Shown: positions 37,380-47,733, counted from the stretch's first letter. The stretch: DNA of 64,000 nucleotides from Elusimicrobiota bacterium (GCA_043826435.1 JBDRQF010000061.1:1-64000), one strand, 5' to 3'. Notes: generated by a model not told the origin, from the letters alone. Numbers and translations: made by a program.

Positions 37380-40300
37380 ATGTCTAAAGAAGAAAAAAAC
37401 TTTTCGGCTGAACCTTGCTGGTATAAAGATGCAATAATTTATGAACTGCATGTAAAAACATTTAATGATAGCGATGGGGACGGTATCGGCGACTTCAAAG
37501 GACTTACCCAAAAACTTGATTATCTTAAAGGACTCGGCATAACTGCAATATGGCTTCTTCCTTTTTATCCTTCGCCCTTAAAAGACGACGGCTATGACAT
37601 ATCCGATTATTTTGGCATCCATCCGAATTACGGTAGTATTAAGGACTTTAAGGAATTCCTGAATGAAGCGCATAAAAGAGGAATAATGGTCATCACCGAA
37701 CTTATTCTAAACCATACTTCGGACCAGCACGAATGGTTCAAAAGAGCGAGGGAATCAAAACCCGGTTCGGTGTCCAGAGATTTTTATGTATGGAGCGATA
37801 CGCCTGAAAAATACAAGGATGCACGAATAATTTTTAAGGATTTTGAGACATCTAACTGGGCATGGGACCCTGTCGCAAATGCGTACTACTGGCACCGTTT
37901 TTATTCTCATCAGCCGGATTTGAATTATGACAACGGACAAGTTCAGAAAGCGGTATTGAAAGTTATAGATTATTGGTTTGATATGGGTATTGATGGTATG
38001 CGTCTGGATGCGGTTCCGTATCTTTTTGAAAAAGAAGGGACGAATTGCGAAAACCTGCCCGAGACCCACGAATTCTTAAAAAAATTAAGGGCGTATGTTG
38101 ACGGCAAACATAAAAATAAAATGCTTCTTGCGGAAGCGAACCAGTGGCCGGAAGACGCTTCTGCTTATTTCGCGGACGGCACTGCCTGCCATATGGCGTT
38201 TCACTTCCCGATTATGCCCAGAATGTTTATGGCGATATGGATGGAGGACAGATTTCCCATAATAGATATTATTGAACAAACCCCTGAAATTCCTCAAATA
38301 TGTCAGTGGGCGCTTTTCTTAAGAAATCACGATGAATTGACGCTTGAAATGGTTGCCGACGAGGAAAGGGACTACATGTACAGGGTCTATGCAAAAGACC
38401 CCAGCGCAAGAATCAACCTTGGCATCCGCCGCCGTCTGGCACCTCTTCTTGGAAATCACAGAAGAAAAATAGAACTGATGAATTTTTTACTTTTTTCTTT
38501 ACCCGGCACCCCGGTCATTTATTACGGGGATGAAGTTGGAATGGGCGACAATTATTATCTCGGCGACAGAAACGGCGTCCGAACCCCTATGCAATGGAAC
38601 GCTGATAGAAATGCAGGGTTTTCAATGGCAAATCCACAGAAACTTTATCTGCCGATTATAATTGACCCGGAATATCATTATGAGTATATCAATGTTGAAA
38701 ACAGCGGAAGAAACCAGTCGTCTCTTCTGTGGTGGATGAAAAGAGTCATCGCCGTTCGCAAAAGGTTTAAATCATTTGGAAGAGGGGACATAGAATTTTT
38801 ACCTTCTGACAATCCTAAGGTTCTTACATTTATAAGGAAATATCAAGATGAGAATATTCTTGTAGTGATTAATCTGTCGAGGTTTTCACAGGCAGTTGAA
38901 CTTGACCTTTCAAAGTATGCCGGATATTTCCCACAGGAAATATTCAGTAGAAACAAATTCCCGCTGATAAAAGATTCTCCATACACTTTTACTTTAGGGT
39001 TTTATGATTATTTTTGGTTTGTGCTCAGAAAAAAAGAGGATCCCTTGAAAATCACTGAAACGGCCATACCAGAACTAAATATTGGAGAAAAATGGACAGG
39101 GGTTATAGACGAAAAGACAAAAGAAAACATAGAGAGCGAAGCGCTTCCTTTTTACTTAGAAAAGTGCAGATGGTTCAGGTCTAAAGCAAGGAGAATTCAG
39201 TCGGTGAGGATTTCTGAAAACATAGCGATTGGGAAAAGCCCTTCGGCCACTCAATTACTTTTCCTGGAAGTTTTATATATAGAAGGATTGTCAGAAACAT
39301 ATCTGCTGCCGGTATGTTTCGCATCAAAAGACGAAGCGGATAAAATTATAAAAGAAAATACCGGCGCGGTTATTGCACGACTGAAATGCAAAGATACGGA
39401 TGGTATTATTTACGAGGGCGTTTATAACGATGAGTTTCGCAAAAATATTCTTTTGATGATTGCCAGAAAGGATAGTATTGAGGGATTACATGGAAAACTC
39501 ATCGCATATCCGGGTAAGTTTTTGAAAAAATTATTCTACCCTAATAAAATACTGCCTCTTGAAAAGTCGCGGGTTTTGAAAGCAGAACAAAGCAATACTT
39601 CTTTTCTATATGGGGAAGAACTGTTTTTTAAACTTTTCAGGATGCTGGATGAGGGTATAAATCCCGAACTTGAAATTGGAAGGTTTCTTACTGAAAAAAC
39701 ACAGTTTAAGAACGCACCCTTATTCGCCGGAGCGATAGAGTATATAAGCCCCGGCTTAAAGCCAATGGTTATAGGGATACTTCAAAGTTCAGTTTCAAAC
39801 GAGGGAGATACATGGAAATACACTTTAGATTCTCTGGGAAGATACTACGAGAGAATGCTTGCAAAAAAAAGCGAAGTTCAAAAACTACCGCAAATACCAA
39901 CTTCAATTATGGAAATCGCTTATAGCGAAATTCCACCGCTGGTGGGCGAATTGGTCGGTGGTGATTATTTTGAAATGGTACGACTTTTAGGAAAAAGGAC
40001 GGCAGAGATGCATCTTGCTCTTTATTCTGAAATGCAAGACGAAAATTTTGTTCCGGAACCCTTTTCAATGCTTTATCAACGTTCACTTTATCAGTCAATG
40101 CAGTCGCTTACAAAGAAAGTTTTTGACGCTCTGCGAAAAAATCAGAAAAATTTGTCGGAAAATGCCAGAGATGAAGTTGTCAAACTACTAAGTTTGGAAA
40201 AAGAGATAGTTAATAAGTTCCAAGTCCTGCTCACCAGGAAGATATCAGCAATGAAAATAAGAATACATGGGGACTACCATCTCGGTCAAGTTCTTTTTAC

Positions 40301-40715
40301 CGGAAACGACTTTATAATCATTGATTTTGAGGGCGAACCTATGAGGTCATTAAGCGAAAGAAGATTTAAAAGATCCCCTTTAAGGGATGTTGCAGGAATG
40401 ATACGTTCGTTTCATTATGCCGCGTACACATCATTTACGAAGGATTTACCTATTAAAATTGAAGATTTTTCCGAAATAGAACCGTGGGCTGTTTTATGGT
40501 ACAAATACATCTCCGGTGCATTTTTGAGGTCATACCTTGACACTGTGAAAAACATACCGTTTATTCCACAAGATAGGGAAGAATTCAACATTCTGCTGAA
40601 TGTATATCTTCTGGAAAAGGCGGTTTACGAACTCGGGTACGAAATCAATAATCGTCCGGAATGGCTCTTTATTCCATTGAATGGAATTAAACAAATACTG
40701 GAAGACCAGAAATGA
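37380..40715 (+). CDS. treS: Trehalose synthase-maltokinase fusion (TreS-Pep2/Mak)
   Basis: GH13 motifs WYKDAIIYE, RLDAVPYL, AEANQ, FLRNHDELTLE. C-terminal kinase motifs EQSNTS, RIHGDYHLGQ, IDFEGEP, RDVAGM. Confidence 0.95.
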   Translation: MSKEEKNFSAEPCWYKDAIIYELHVKTFNDSDGDGIGDFKGLTQKLDYLKGLGITAIWLLPFYPSPLKDDGYDISDYFGIHPNYGSIKDFKEFLNEAHKRGIMVITELILNHTSDQHEWFKRARESKPGSVSRDFYVWSDTPEKYKDARIIFKDFETSNWAWDPVANAYYWHRFYSHQPDLNYDNGQVQKAVLKVIDYWFDMGIDGMRLDAVPYLFEKEGTNCENLPETHEFLKKLRAYVDGKHKNKMLLAEANQWPEDASAYFADGTACHMAFHFPIMPRMFMAIWMEDRFPIIDIIEQTPEIPQICQWALFLRNHDELTLEMVADEERDYMYRVYAKDPSARINLGIRRRLAPLLGNHRRKIELMNFLLFSLPGTPVIYYGDEVGMGDNYYLGDRNGVRTPMQWNADRNAGFSMANPQKLYLPIIIDPEYHYEYINVENSGRNQSSLLWWMKRVIAVRKRFKSFGRGDIEFLPSDNPKVLTFIRKYQDENILVVINLSRFSQAVELDLSKYAGYFPQEIFSRNKFPLIKDSPYTFTLGFYDYFWFVLRKKEDPLKITETAIPELNIGEKWTGVIDEKTKENIESEALPFYLEKCRWFRSKARRIQSVRISENIAIGKSPSATQLLFLEVLYIEGLSETYLLPVCFASKDEADKIIKENTGAVIARLKCKDTDGIIYEGVYNDEFRKNILLMIARKDSIEGLHGKLIAYPGKFLKKLFYPNKILPLEKSRVLKAEQSNTSFLYGEELFFKLFRMLDEGINPELEIGRFLTEKTQFKNAPLFAGAIEYISPGLKPMVIGILQSSVSNEGDTWKYTLDSLGRYYERMLAKKSEVQKLPQIPTSIMEIAYSEIPPLVGELVGGDYFEMVRLLGKRTAEMHLALYSEMQDENFVPEPFSMLYQRSLYQSMQSLTKKVFDALRKNQKNLSENARDEVVKLLSLEKEIVNKFQVLLTRKISAMKIRIHGDYHLGQVLFTGNDFIIIDFEGEPMRSLSERRFKRSPLRDVAGMIRSFHYAAYTSFTKDLPIKIEDFSEIEPWAVLWYKYISGAFLRSYLDTVKNIPFIPQDREEFNILLNVYLLEKAVYELGYEINNRPEWLFIPLNGIKQILEDQK

Positions 40716-40819
40716 AAATCGGTGTCCTGTATTAAAATGTTTTCTAATTTTGATAATCCTCAGTTCAATAACGAAGTGCAACACTTGAGTAAGCGGAAAG
40801 GGAAAAAATTAACAAAGTT

Positions 40820-41923
40820 ATGAAAATGGACCGCAATGAGACACGGAAAATAAGGATCGGCAAAACGTTAATCGGCGGCGGCGCTCCTGTAGCCGTGCAG
40901 TCAATGACCAAGACGGACACTACGGACGTCTCCGCTACGGTCGCACAGATTAAGGAACTGGAGAAAGCCGGGTGCGAGATAGTCCGGGTAGCCGTGCCGA
41001 ATATGGAATCCGCAAAATGTCTTTCAAAAATAAAAAAAGAAATAAATATCCCGCTTGTGGCGGACGTCCATTTTGACTACAAACTCGCGATGGAATCAAT
41101 ATTACAGGGAGCGGACAAGATAAGGATTAACCCCGGGAATATCGGGTCAAAGGGAAAGGTCCGGCAGGTCGTTTTACTCGCAGGCGAGAAAAAGATTCCG
41201 ATAAGGGTGGGCATAAACGCCGGCTCGTTGAAAATAACCTTCGGCGGCGCCGGCAGTTCCGGCGGCAGGAAGAAGGAGCGGGTCTCTCCTGACGCAAAAG
41301 ACATGGTGTCATCCGCCCTGGATTATATCAAAATGTTTAACGACTGGGGGTTTTTTGATATCGTCATATCGCTTAAATCAAGCGACGTCGTAACCACCGT
41401 AGAAGCATACACAAAGTTTGCAGAAAAATCGGATGCGCCCCTGCACTTAGGCATAACGGAGTCGGGCCCGCCCGGCATAGGGACGGTAAAGTCATCCGTC
41501 GGGTTGGGGATACTTCTGCACCGGGGCATCGGCGACACGATAAGGGTTTCGCTTACTTCAGACCCCGTTGAGGAAGTCCGGGTTGCATGGCTAATCCTTC
41601 AATCACTAAATCTCAGAAATTATGGTATTGATATAATTTCCTGCCCTACGTGCGCCAGGTGCCGGACTGACATAGTAAAGGTAGTTGAGACGCTCCAGGA
41701 AAGGGCAGCGTCACTGCGGAGCCGCACAGCCGGGAAGCCGCTGAGGGTTGCGATAATGGGCTGCGAGGTAAACGGCCCGGGTGAGGCGTCCCACGCAGAC
41801 ATCGGCATTGCCGCAGGGAAGAACACGGGGCTTTTGTTTAAACGCGGCAGGCCGGTTAGAAAGATCGCTCCGGACGAGTGGATTGAACAACTTATATTAG
41901 AGATAGAACGGTTTGGAGAATAG
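40820..41923 (+). CDS. ispG: 4-hydroxy-3-methylbut-2-en-1-yl diphosphate synthase
   Basis: VQSMT, ADVHF, RINPGN, HLGITE, CPTCAR, MGCEVNGPGE. Confidence 0.97.
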   Translation: MKMDRNETRKIRIGKTLIGGGAPVAVQSMTKTDTTDVSATVAQIKELEKAGCEIVRVAVPNMESAKCLSKIKKEINIPLVADVHFDYKLAMESILQGADKIRINPGNIGSKGKVRQVVLLAGEKKIPIRVGINAGSLKITFGGAGSSGGRKKERVSPDAKDMVSSALDYIKMFNDWGFFDIVISLKSSDVVTTVEAYTKFAEKSDAPLHLGITESGPPGIGTVKSSVGLGILLHRGIGDTIRVSLTSDPVEEVRVAWLILQSLNLRNYGIDIISCPTCARCRTDIVKVVETLQERAASLRSRTAGKPLRVAIMGCEVNGPGEASHADIGIAAGKNTGLLFKRGRPVRKIAPDEWIEQLILEIERFGE

Positions 41924-42034
41924 GATGAAGTAGAATTGGGAAAGGTAACTTTATTGTTTAATCAAAAACACTTGACAAGGCGTTTTTGACATTATGTATA
42001 ATTATTTAGCGGTACATAAGTATTATTACATAAT

Positions 42035-42474
42035 ATGAATACGCATCATTATTGAACTGAAACCTTTCGGTATAGAATCTATCCGCACGGTTATTTTCCC
42101 GAACTTAATATCGGGAAATCATTCAGTATTAAAAAAACAATAGCGTACATTAAAAAGATTCCGGATAAAAATGCAAAGGTTTTGGCATTATCAAGGTTGA
42201 AGGAGATACTTAATCCATAAAAATTAACCGCTGCCTGATACCCCCGCCCGGCTGCCGGAATTAAATCATCACAAGTATTGAAGTTTTCGGCAAAATTTTA
42301 TATAATGGGAGTGTTGAAAAAAACTCTATCAATTCTAATCTCCAGAATACACCTGCAAAACATCATAGGCAATATTGTTTTTGATAATTTGCCGGCGAAG
42401 TAGAATTTGAGGACAGAACCAAAATTAATACCGAAGATTTGGATTATAAATTCGTTAAGCCCTTAATTTGGTGA
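42035..42474 (+). pseudogene. Degraded AT-rich gene remnant(s)
   Basis: Protein-like stretches (FRYRIYPHGYFPELNIG...; FAGEVEFEDRTKIN...KPLIW) are broken by several stops. Confidence 0.35.
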
Positions 42475-42485
42475 GAGTAAAATTT

Positions 42486-43322
42486 ATGGATAATACAAAA
42501 ATCGCCTTATTTAAAGGCAAAAAAATCAGACGAGTCATTTACCAAAATGAATGGTGGTTTTCGGTTGTTGATGTGGTCCAAGCATTAACCGATCAAACTG
42601 ACGATTATACTGCCAGGAAATATTGGAATAAACTCGCGCAGCGGTTACGAGAAGAAGGAAGCGAGGTGGTGACATTTTGTCACCGACTGAAATTGGAGGC
42701 ATCCGATGGAAAAAAATATGAAACCGATTCTGCCAATACCGAAGGTGTCTTTCGTATTATTCAGTCCATTCCTTCGCCAAAAGCCGAACCGTTTAAACGA
42801 TGGCTAGCAAAGGTGGGCTATGAAAGAGTGCAGGAAATTGAAAATCCAGAACTGGCAACTAAACGGACGCGTATGCTTTACAAACTCAAAGGTTATTCTG
42901 ACGATTGGATTGAAAAAAGAATGCGCGGAATTGCTATCCGGGAGGAATTGACTGATGAGTGGCAGAAAAGAGGCGCGAGAGAACAGAGAGAATATGAAAT
43001 TTTAACCGCAGAGATTTCCAAAGCGACTTTTGGCATAACTCCAAGCCAGTATAAGAAAATTAAAAAACTCAAGCGGGAAAACCTGCGTGATCATATGAAT
43101 GACTTAGAATTGATTTTTACAATGTTAGGTGAACGCTCAACAACTGAAATTCACAGGACAGAAGATTCAAAAGGTGTAAGCAATCTTAAAAAAGATGCCC
43201 AAGCCGGCGGTGATATTGCCGGCAATGCTCGCAGGCGACTGGAAAAAAGATTAGGGAAATCAATCGTCTCAAAAGAAAATTATTTAAGAGAACTGGAAAG
43301 CCAGAAGAAACTAAAAGGATAA
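42486..43322 (+). CDS. Bro-N domain protein (phage antirepressor-like)
   Basis: IALFKGKKIRR, WWFSVVDVV, RKYWNKL, IIQSIPSPKAEPFKRWLA, LRDHM. Confidence 0.88.
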   Translation: MDNTKIALFKGKKIRRVIYQNEWWFSVVDVVQALTDQTDDYTARKYWNKLAQRLREEGSEVVTFCHRLKLEASDGKKYETDSANTEGVFRIIQSIPSPKAEPFKRWLAKVGYERVQEIENPELATKRTRMLYKLKGYSDDWIEKRMRGIAIREELTDEWQKRGAREQREYEILTAEISKATFGITPSQYKKIKKLKRENLRDHMNDLELIFTMLGERSTTEIHRTEDSKGVSNLKKDAQAGGDIAGNARRRLEKRLGKSIVSKENYLRELESQKKLKG

Positions 43323-43566
43323 TTGTGTCCAAATCATACCCCTTAGAAAAGAACAATTAAAACATTTAGAAAAAGATAAAGACAAAATCAGAAACTTATT
43401 CAAAAACTCCGAAAACGAAAACATTGACATAGATATATTACTATTATTATCTTCAAAAGTCCTCAGTCCAAATATAAATGCGGATATTATTTTGACTTGG
43501 TTAGACACTTACAATCTTTATAAATATGAGATGTTTAAGCATGCCGATGATTTATATCGTAAATAA
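43315..43566 (+). pseudogene. Start-less 3' gene fragment of about 80 codons
   Basis: Open frame VQIIPLRKEQLKHLEKDK...HADDLYRK* in AT-rich DNA, with no usable start codon. Confidence 0.4.
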
Positions 43567-43634
43567 AATTGCCTCAGGGTAAAAATCAGTTCGGGGGTCT
43601 ATCGGAAATTATAAAGCAAGCACGGAGGAGTCTA

Positions 43635-45059
43635 ATGAAAAAATACGTAATTCTATTATTGTTTTTGTCGCACTGCACGCTTTCTTACGGAACTAAATTA
43701 CCTGATAATATAGTCTTGTCTGTTATGTATTTTGATAACGCATCAAAATCCCATGATTTTGATTGGATGAGGAAAGGTATTGCGGATATGGTTATTAGCG
43801 ACCTTTCAAAAATCAAAAAAATAAAAGTTGTTCAACGAGAAAATTTACAAAAAGTTTTAGAAGAACAGAAACTTGCTCTGACAGGTATTATTAGTGAAGA
43901 CAGTGCAGTAAAAGCGGGGAATATATTAGGGGCAAATGTTATTCTATTAGGGTCATTTATTGTTTTTAACAATGAGATAAGAATAGACGGTCAGCTTATT
44001 GATATTAAAACTTCTGAAGTTATAGATGGTGTAATGGTTGCCGGAAAAGTTTCAAAATTCTTATTATTAGAAAAACAGTTTAGCATGGAATTATTAAAAA
44101 AATTAGGTGTTAAATTGACACCAGAAAATCAAAAATTAATTAAACATATAGAAACAGAAAATTTAGATGCACTTAAATATAACTATGAAGGCATTAGTGC
44201 AATAGATGACAAGCAAATTGCAAAAGCATTGGAACTGTTCAAAAAAGCAACTCAAATAGCCCCTGAATATAAATCAGCCCAAAATAATTACGCTTATTTC
44301 TCAAAAAACGTATCGGGTGAAAATATATTTTCTGAAGCATTTTCACAACTTGACAATAAAACAGATTTTTTAACCACTTCTAAAAAGTTGCTTGAAGATT
44401 TAGCAGACGAGATTGTTAAAAAAGGATTTATAATCCGAATAGGAGAACCAATTATTTCAACGGACATAAATAACCCTGACAAGGTTAACATAAAAGTAGA
44501 TGTAAAAATAGCCCTTGATAAAAAAGTGAGGAACAAGATTTTTAAAGCGCAACAATCTTTGAAAGGAGGATGGTGTAAAGCAGGCGGGGTTAGTTATGGC
44601 ATTTCCACGTCTGCATATTTTGCAGCATATTATGCAGATTTCTCGTATTCAAGACTGTGGGTTGACTACGCTCCTGGGTGTATTGCTTTTTTTGGTAAAG
44701 GTGCTGATTTTTATGAAAAAGAAGAAAAAGAATATCGTTTGAACAAATATTTTTATAATCTATTAAAAGATCTAAAAGTTGTTTTTATTTTTGCAGATAA
44801 AGATGGCAATACAATCATTGAAGTTATCGGTGCCAGTAACCCCATACCCGGGCGGGGGCGTACGGGCAGAGACCATAGGGTTTCCACTTGTGATTTGCCA
44901 TTTAAGGTTCTCGGAATGCTACGCTGGAACAGTGATTTCCATTTTTTTGTTATATGGGCGAAAGAAAGAGTGGGACAAATAATATTAGCAGAAGATACGG
45001 CCGTATTGCTGAAAGATGCAAAGAAAATAACCTCAATTATATCCAGAGTAGAGAGATAA
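43635..45059 (+). CDS. Exported protein with a CsgG/FlgO/TolB-N-like domain and a TPR
   Basis: Signal peptide after a GGAGG RBS; VMYFDN...GIADM..SDL...VVQRENLQKVLEEQKL...GANVILLGSF; TPR-like ALELFKKATQIAPEY. Confidence 0.75.
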   Translation: MKKYVILLLFLSHCTLSYGTKLPDNIVLSVMYFDNASKSHDFDWMRKGIADMVISDLSKIKKIKVVQRENLQKVLEEQKLALTGIISEDSAVKAGNILGANVILLGSFIVFNNEIRIDGQLIDIKTSEVIDGVMVAGKVSKFLLLEKQFSMELLKKLGVKLTPENQKLIKHIETENLDALKYNYEGISAIDDKQIAKALELFKKATQIAPEYKSAQNNYAYFSKNVSGENIFSEAFSQLDNKTDFLTTSKKLLEDLADEIVKKGFIIRIGEPIISTDINNPDKVNIKVDVKIALDKKVRNKIFKAQQSLKGGWCKAGGVSYGISTSAYFAAYYADFSYSRLWVDYAPGCIAFFGKGADFYEKEEKEYRLNKYFYNLLKDLKVVFIFADKDGNTIIEVIGASNPIPGRGRTGRDHRVSTCDLPFKVLGMLRWNSDFHFFVIWAKERVGQIILAEDTAVLLKDAKKITSIISRVER

Positions 45060-45066
45060 ACATATC

Positions 45067-46848
45067 ATGAAACTGTCAAATTATTTTATACCTACACTCA
45101 GGGAGGACCCGTCAGACGCGGACACAATTTCCACGGTTCTGATGATGCGTTCCGGAATGATAAGAAAATTAGCCAGCGGTATTTATGAATGGCTGCCGTT
45201 AGGCCTCCGGGTGCTGAAAAAGGTTGAGCAGATTGTCCGGGAGGAAATGAACGCAATCGGCGGGCAGGAGGTGTGGTTGCCTGTACTCTTGCCAAAGGAC
45301 CTGTGGGAGGAAACGGGCAGGTGGCAGTTATATGGGAAGGAGTTGTGTCGTATAAAAGACAGAAAGGGCAATGATTTCTGTCTGGGACCCACCCACGAGG
45401 AAGTAATTACTGACATTGTTAGAAAAGAGGTTAGGTCATACAGACAACTCCCAGTGATGTTCTACCAGTTCGGCGTAAAATTCAGGGACGAGATTCGCCC
45501 GAGGTTCGGCGTGATGAGGGCAAGGGAATTCTTGATGAAGGACGCTTACTCCTTCCATGCCACGGAGGAAGATGCGGAGAAGTATTACCAGGAGGTCTTC
45601 AGGGCGTATTCAAAAATCGTAGAGAGGTGCGGTTTTAATTTCAGGGCTGTTGAGGCGGCTACGGGCGCAATAGGGGGAAAATTCTCGCACGAGTTTATGG
45701 TCCTGGCGGACACGGGAGAAGAGGAGATTGTCTGGTGCAGGTGCGGCTATTCTGCAAATGTTGAAAAAGCAGAATGTACGCAGGAAGAGAGCCCTGCGGG
45801 AGATATCAGCCCTGATAAAGTAGAAGGAGTCCATTCTGCCGACGATGTCGTCCCTGCTGATTTGGAAGAGGTCCACACACCAGGGCTCCGCAGCGTGGAG
45901 GAGGTCGGAAGTTTTTTGAACGCCCAGCCGGATAAGTTTATAAAATCCCTAATATATCTCTGTGACGGTGTCCCTGTAATGGTTCTCGTCCGTGGCGATT
46001 ATGAAGTCAATGAAATAAAACTCAGGGAGCATTTTTCCTGCCAGGAACTTACTCTGGCTGACTCGCAGACAATAGAAAAAATAACCGGAGCACCTGTCGG
46101 TTTCGCAGGGCCCGTGAATATAAAAAATAAATCAGGGGGTGGCGTAAAGGGTAGTATGAAAATAGTTGCCGATTATTCCGTTAAATCAATTGTTAACGCT
46201 ATTTCAGGAGCGAACAAAAAGGACTATCACTTAAAGAATATCAATTTCGGCAGGGATTACCAGCCCGACGAGGTTTTTGACCTCAGGAAGGTTACGAAAG
46301 GTGACGCCTGCCCCAGGTGTCTCGCCGGAGGTAAGACCGTCCCGCTTAATTTTTCCCACGGCATAGAGGTGGGGCACACCTTCAAATTAGGGACGAAATA
46401 TTCAAAGGCGATGGAGGCGACTTTCCTTGATACGGCCGGCAAAGAGCAGTTTTTCATAATGGGGTGTTACGGCATAGGCGTTTCAAGAATAGTCGCCGCT
46501 GCCATTGAACAGTCCCATGACGAGAACGGAATTATCTGGAATGAAAACCTGGCGCCTTTTGATGTTTTGATTCTACCGATTGATTACAACGACCCTGAGA
46601 TAAGGAAAACGAGTGACAGGATTTATTCTGCGCTAAGGGACAACGGTTTTGAAGTGCTGATGGACGACAGGGATGAAAGACCCGGCGTGAAATTTAAGGA
46701 TGCGGATTTAATAGGCGTGCCGGTGCGCATTACGGTTAGCAAAAGAAATTTAACCGAAAAAAAGATTGAAATAAAATTCAGAAACCGGAAGGATCTCTTT
46801 TTGGTAGCAGAGAGCGAGATGCTGGAGACGATTAAAAGGACTCTCTGA
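45067..46848 (+). CDS. proS: Proline--tRNA ligase with INS editing domain
   Basis: LGPTHEE, FRDEIRPRFGVMRAREF, GIEVGHTF, MGCYGIGVSR. Confidence 0.98.
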   Translation: MKLSNYFIPTLREDPSDADTISTVLMMRSGMIRKLASGIYEWLPLGLRVLKKVEQIVREEMNAIGGQEVWLPVLLPKDLWEETGRWQLYGKELCRIKDRKGNDFCLGPTHEEVITDIVRKEVRSYRQLPVMFYQFGVKFRDEIRPRFGVMRAREFLMKDAYSFHATEEDAEKYYQEVFRAYSKIVERCGFNFRAVEAATGAIGGKFSHEFMVLADTGEEEIVWCRCGYSANVEKAECTQEESPAGDISPDKVEGVHSADDVVPADLEEVHTPGLRSVEEVGSFLNAQPDKFIKSLIYLCDGVPVMVLVRGDYEVNEIKLREHFSCQELTLADSQTIEKITGAPVGFAGPVNIKNKSGGGVKGSMKIVADYSVKSIVNAISGANKKDYHLKNINFGRDYQPDEVFDLRKVTKGDACPRCLAGGKTVPLNFSHGIEVGHTFKLGTKYSKAMEATFLDTAGKEQFFIMGCYGIGVSRIVAAAIEQSHDENGIIWNENLAPFDVLILPIDYNDPEIRKTSDRIYSALRDNGFEVLMDDRDERPGVKFKDADLIGVPVRITVSKRNLTEKKIEIKFRNRKDLFLVAESEMLETIKRTL

Positions 46849-46864
46849 GAAAGGACAGGAAAGT

Positions 46865-47212
46865 ATGGAAATACCGTCCCTCGAGCAACTGACATTTGAC
46901 GAAATCAATGCAATACTGGTTCACAAATGGTATTTGAGTGAAAAAGCACGGTATGATGTCGGGATGGAGTTTGCCAAAAACGATTTCTTCAGGAATCATT
47001 CAAGAGCATGGCGTCAGAAAAAAATGCATGAGGATGTCGTCCGGCAAAAAGAAGAGATATTGAGACACAAATGGTATCTATCAGAGAAATTGGGATACGA
47101 TGTAGGGATACAAAAAGCGGCACTTGACTGGATACTCTGCGGATATGCCGAACACTGGCGGTGCTGTACAGGACCCTATGAGAAAAAAAGAAAAAAATGT
47201 TCGTCCACTTGA
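46865..47212 (+). CDS. Small protein with two DUF4032-like repeats
   Basis: IL.HKWYLSEK..YDVG..A..D(F/W) occurs twice. Confidence 0.7.
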   Translation: MEIPSLEQLTFDEINAILVHKWYLSEKARYDVGMEFAKNDFFRNHSRAWRQKKMHEDVVRQKEEILRHKWYLSEKLGYDVGIQKAALDWILCGYAEHWRCCTGPYEKKRKKCSST

Positions 47213-47289
47213 AAACCTTTTTATAATTTGCTATCATACATTCGGCTGGCGCTTAGAAATGGGTGGCTGGTGGTAGGCCGCTTTTTTTT
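47209..47289 (+). promoter_or_regulatory. rimP-nusA-infB promoter and leader hairpin
   Basis: TTGAAA - 17 bp - TATCAT with an extended TG. Hairpin GGGTGGCT/GGCCGCTT (47261-47283) plus a T-tract lies directly before the ATG, resembling rimP leaders. Confidence 0.6.
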
Positions 47290-47733
47290 ATGGAAGAGAT
47301 TATTAAAATTATTGAACCCGCTCTCCGGGAGACGGGCTACGAGCTTGTTGACGTTGAGTTGATGAAGGACAGGTTTTTGAGAATTTACATAGACAGGGCT
47401 TCCGGGGGCGTTACGCTTGACGACTGCGCCATTGTGAGCGGGAAGATAGGTTTATTGCTTGACTCGTCAGGGATTATGGATGGCGGGTATAACTTGGAGG
47501 TGTCTTCGCCCGGAGTTTACCGCCGGCTGAAAAAAGAAAAGGATTTCATTAAATGGACGGGCAGCAGGGTCCATGTTAAACTGTATGAGCCCGTTGATTC
47601 GCACAGGAAGCTCGTCGGAATTATCAGGGGTTTTGAGTCGGGTATCTTATCCCTTGAAACGGAAGGCAGGACGCTGGGGATAGATGTTAAAAATATAGCG
47701 AAGGCGAATCTATATCCTGAGATGGAGATATGA
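47290..47733 (+). CDS. rimP: Ribosome maturation factor RimP
   Basis: LRIYID, GVTLDDC, YNLEVSSPG; upstream of nusA. Confidence 0.95.
   Translation: MEEIIKIIEPALRETGYELVDVELMKDRFLRIYIDRASGGVTLDDCAIVSGKIGLLLDSSGIMDGGYNLEVSSPGVYRRLKKEKDFIKWTGSRVHVKLYEPVDSHRKLVGIIRGFESGILSLETEGRTLGIDVKNIAKANLYPEMEI

Noticed and set aside
42035..42220. In-frame TGA suggesting stop-codon reassignment or selenocysteine
   Set aside because: TGA ends many conserved genes here at the expected place (rsmH, tsf, infB, proS), and nearby frames also have TAA stops, so decay is the simpler reading.
41924..45060. Prophage call based on the Bro-N gene
   Set aside because: There are no integrase, structural, replication or lysis genes; it is reported only as an island.
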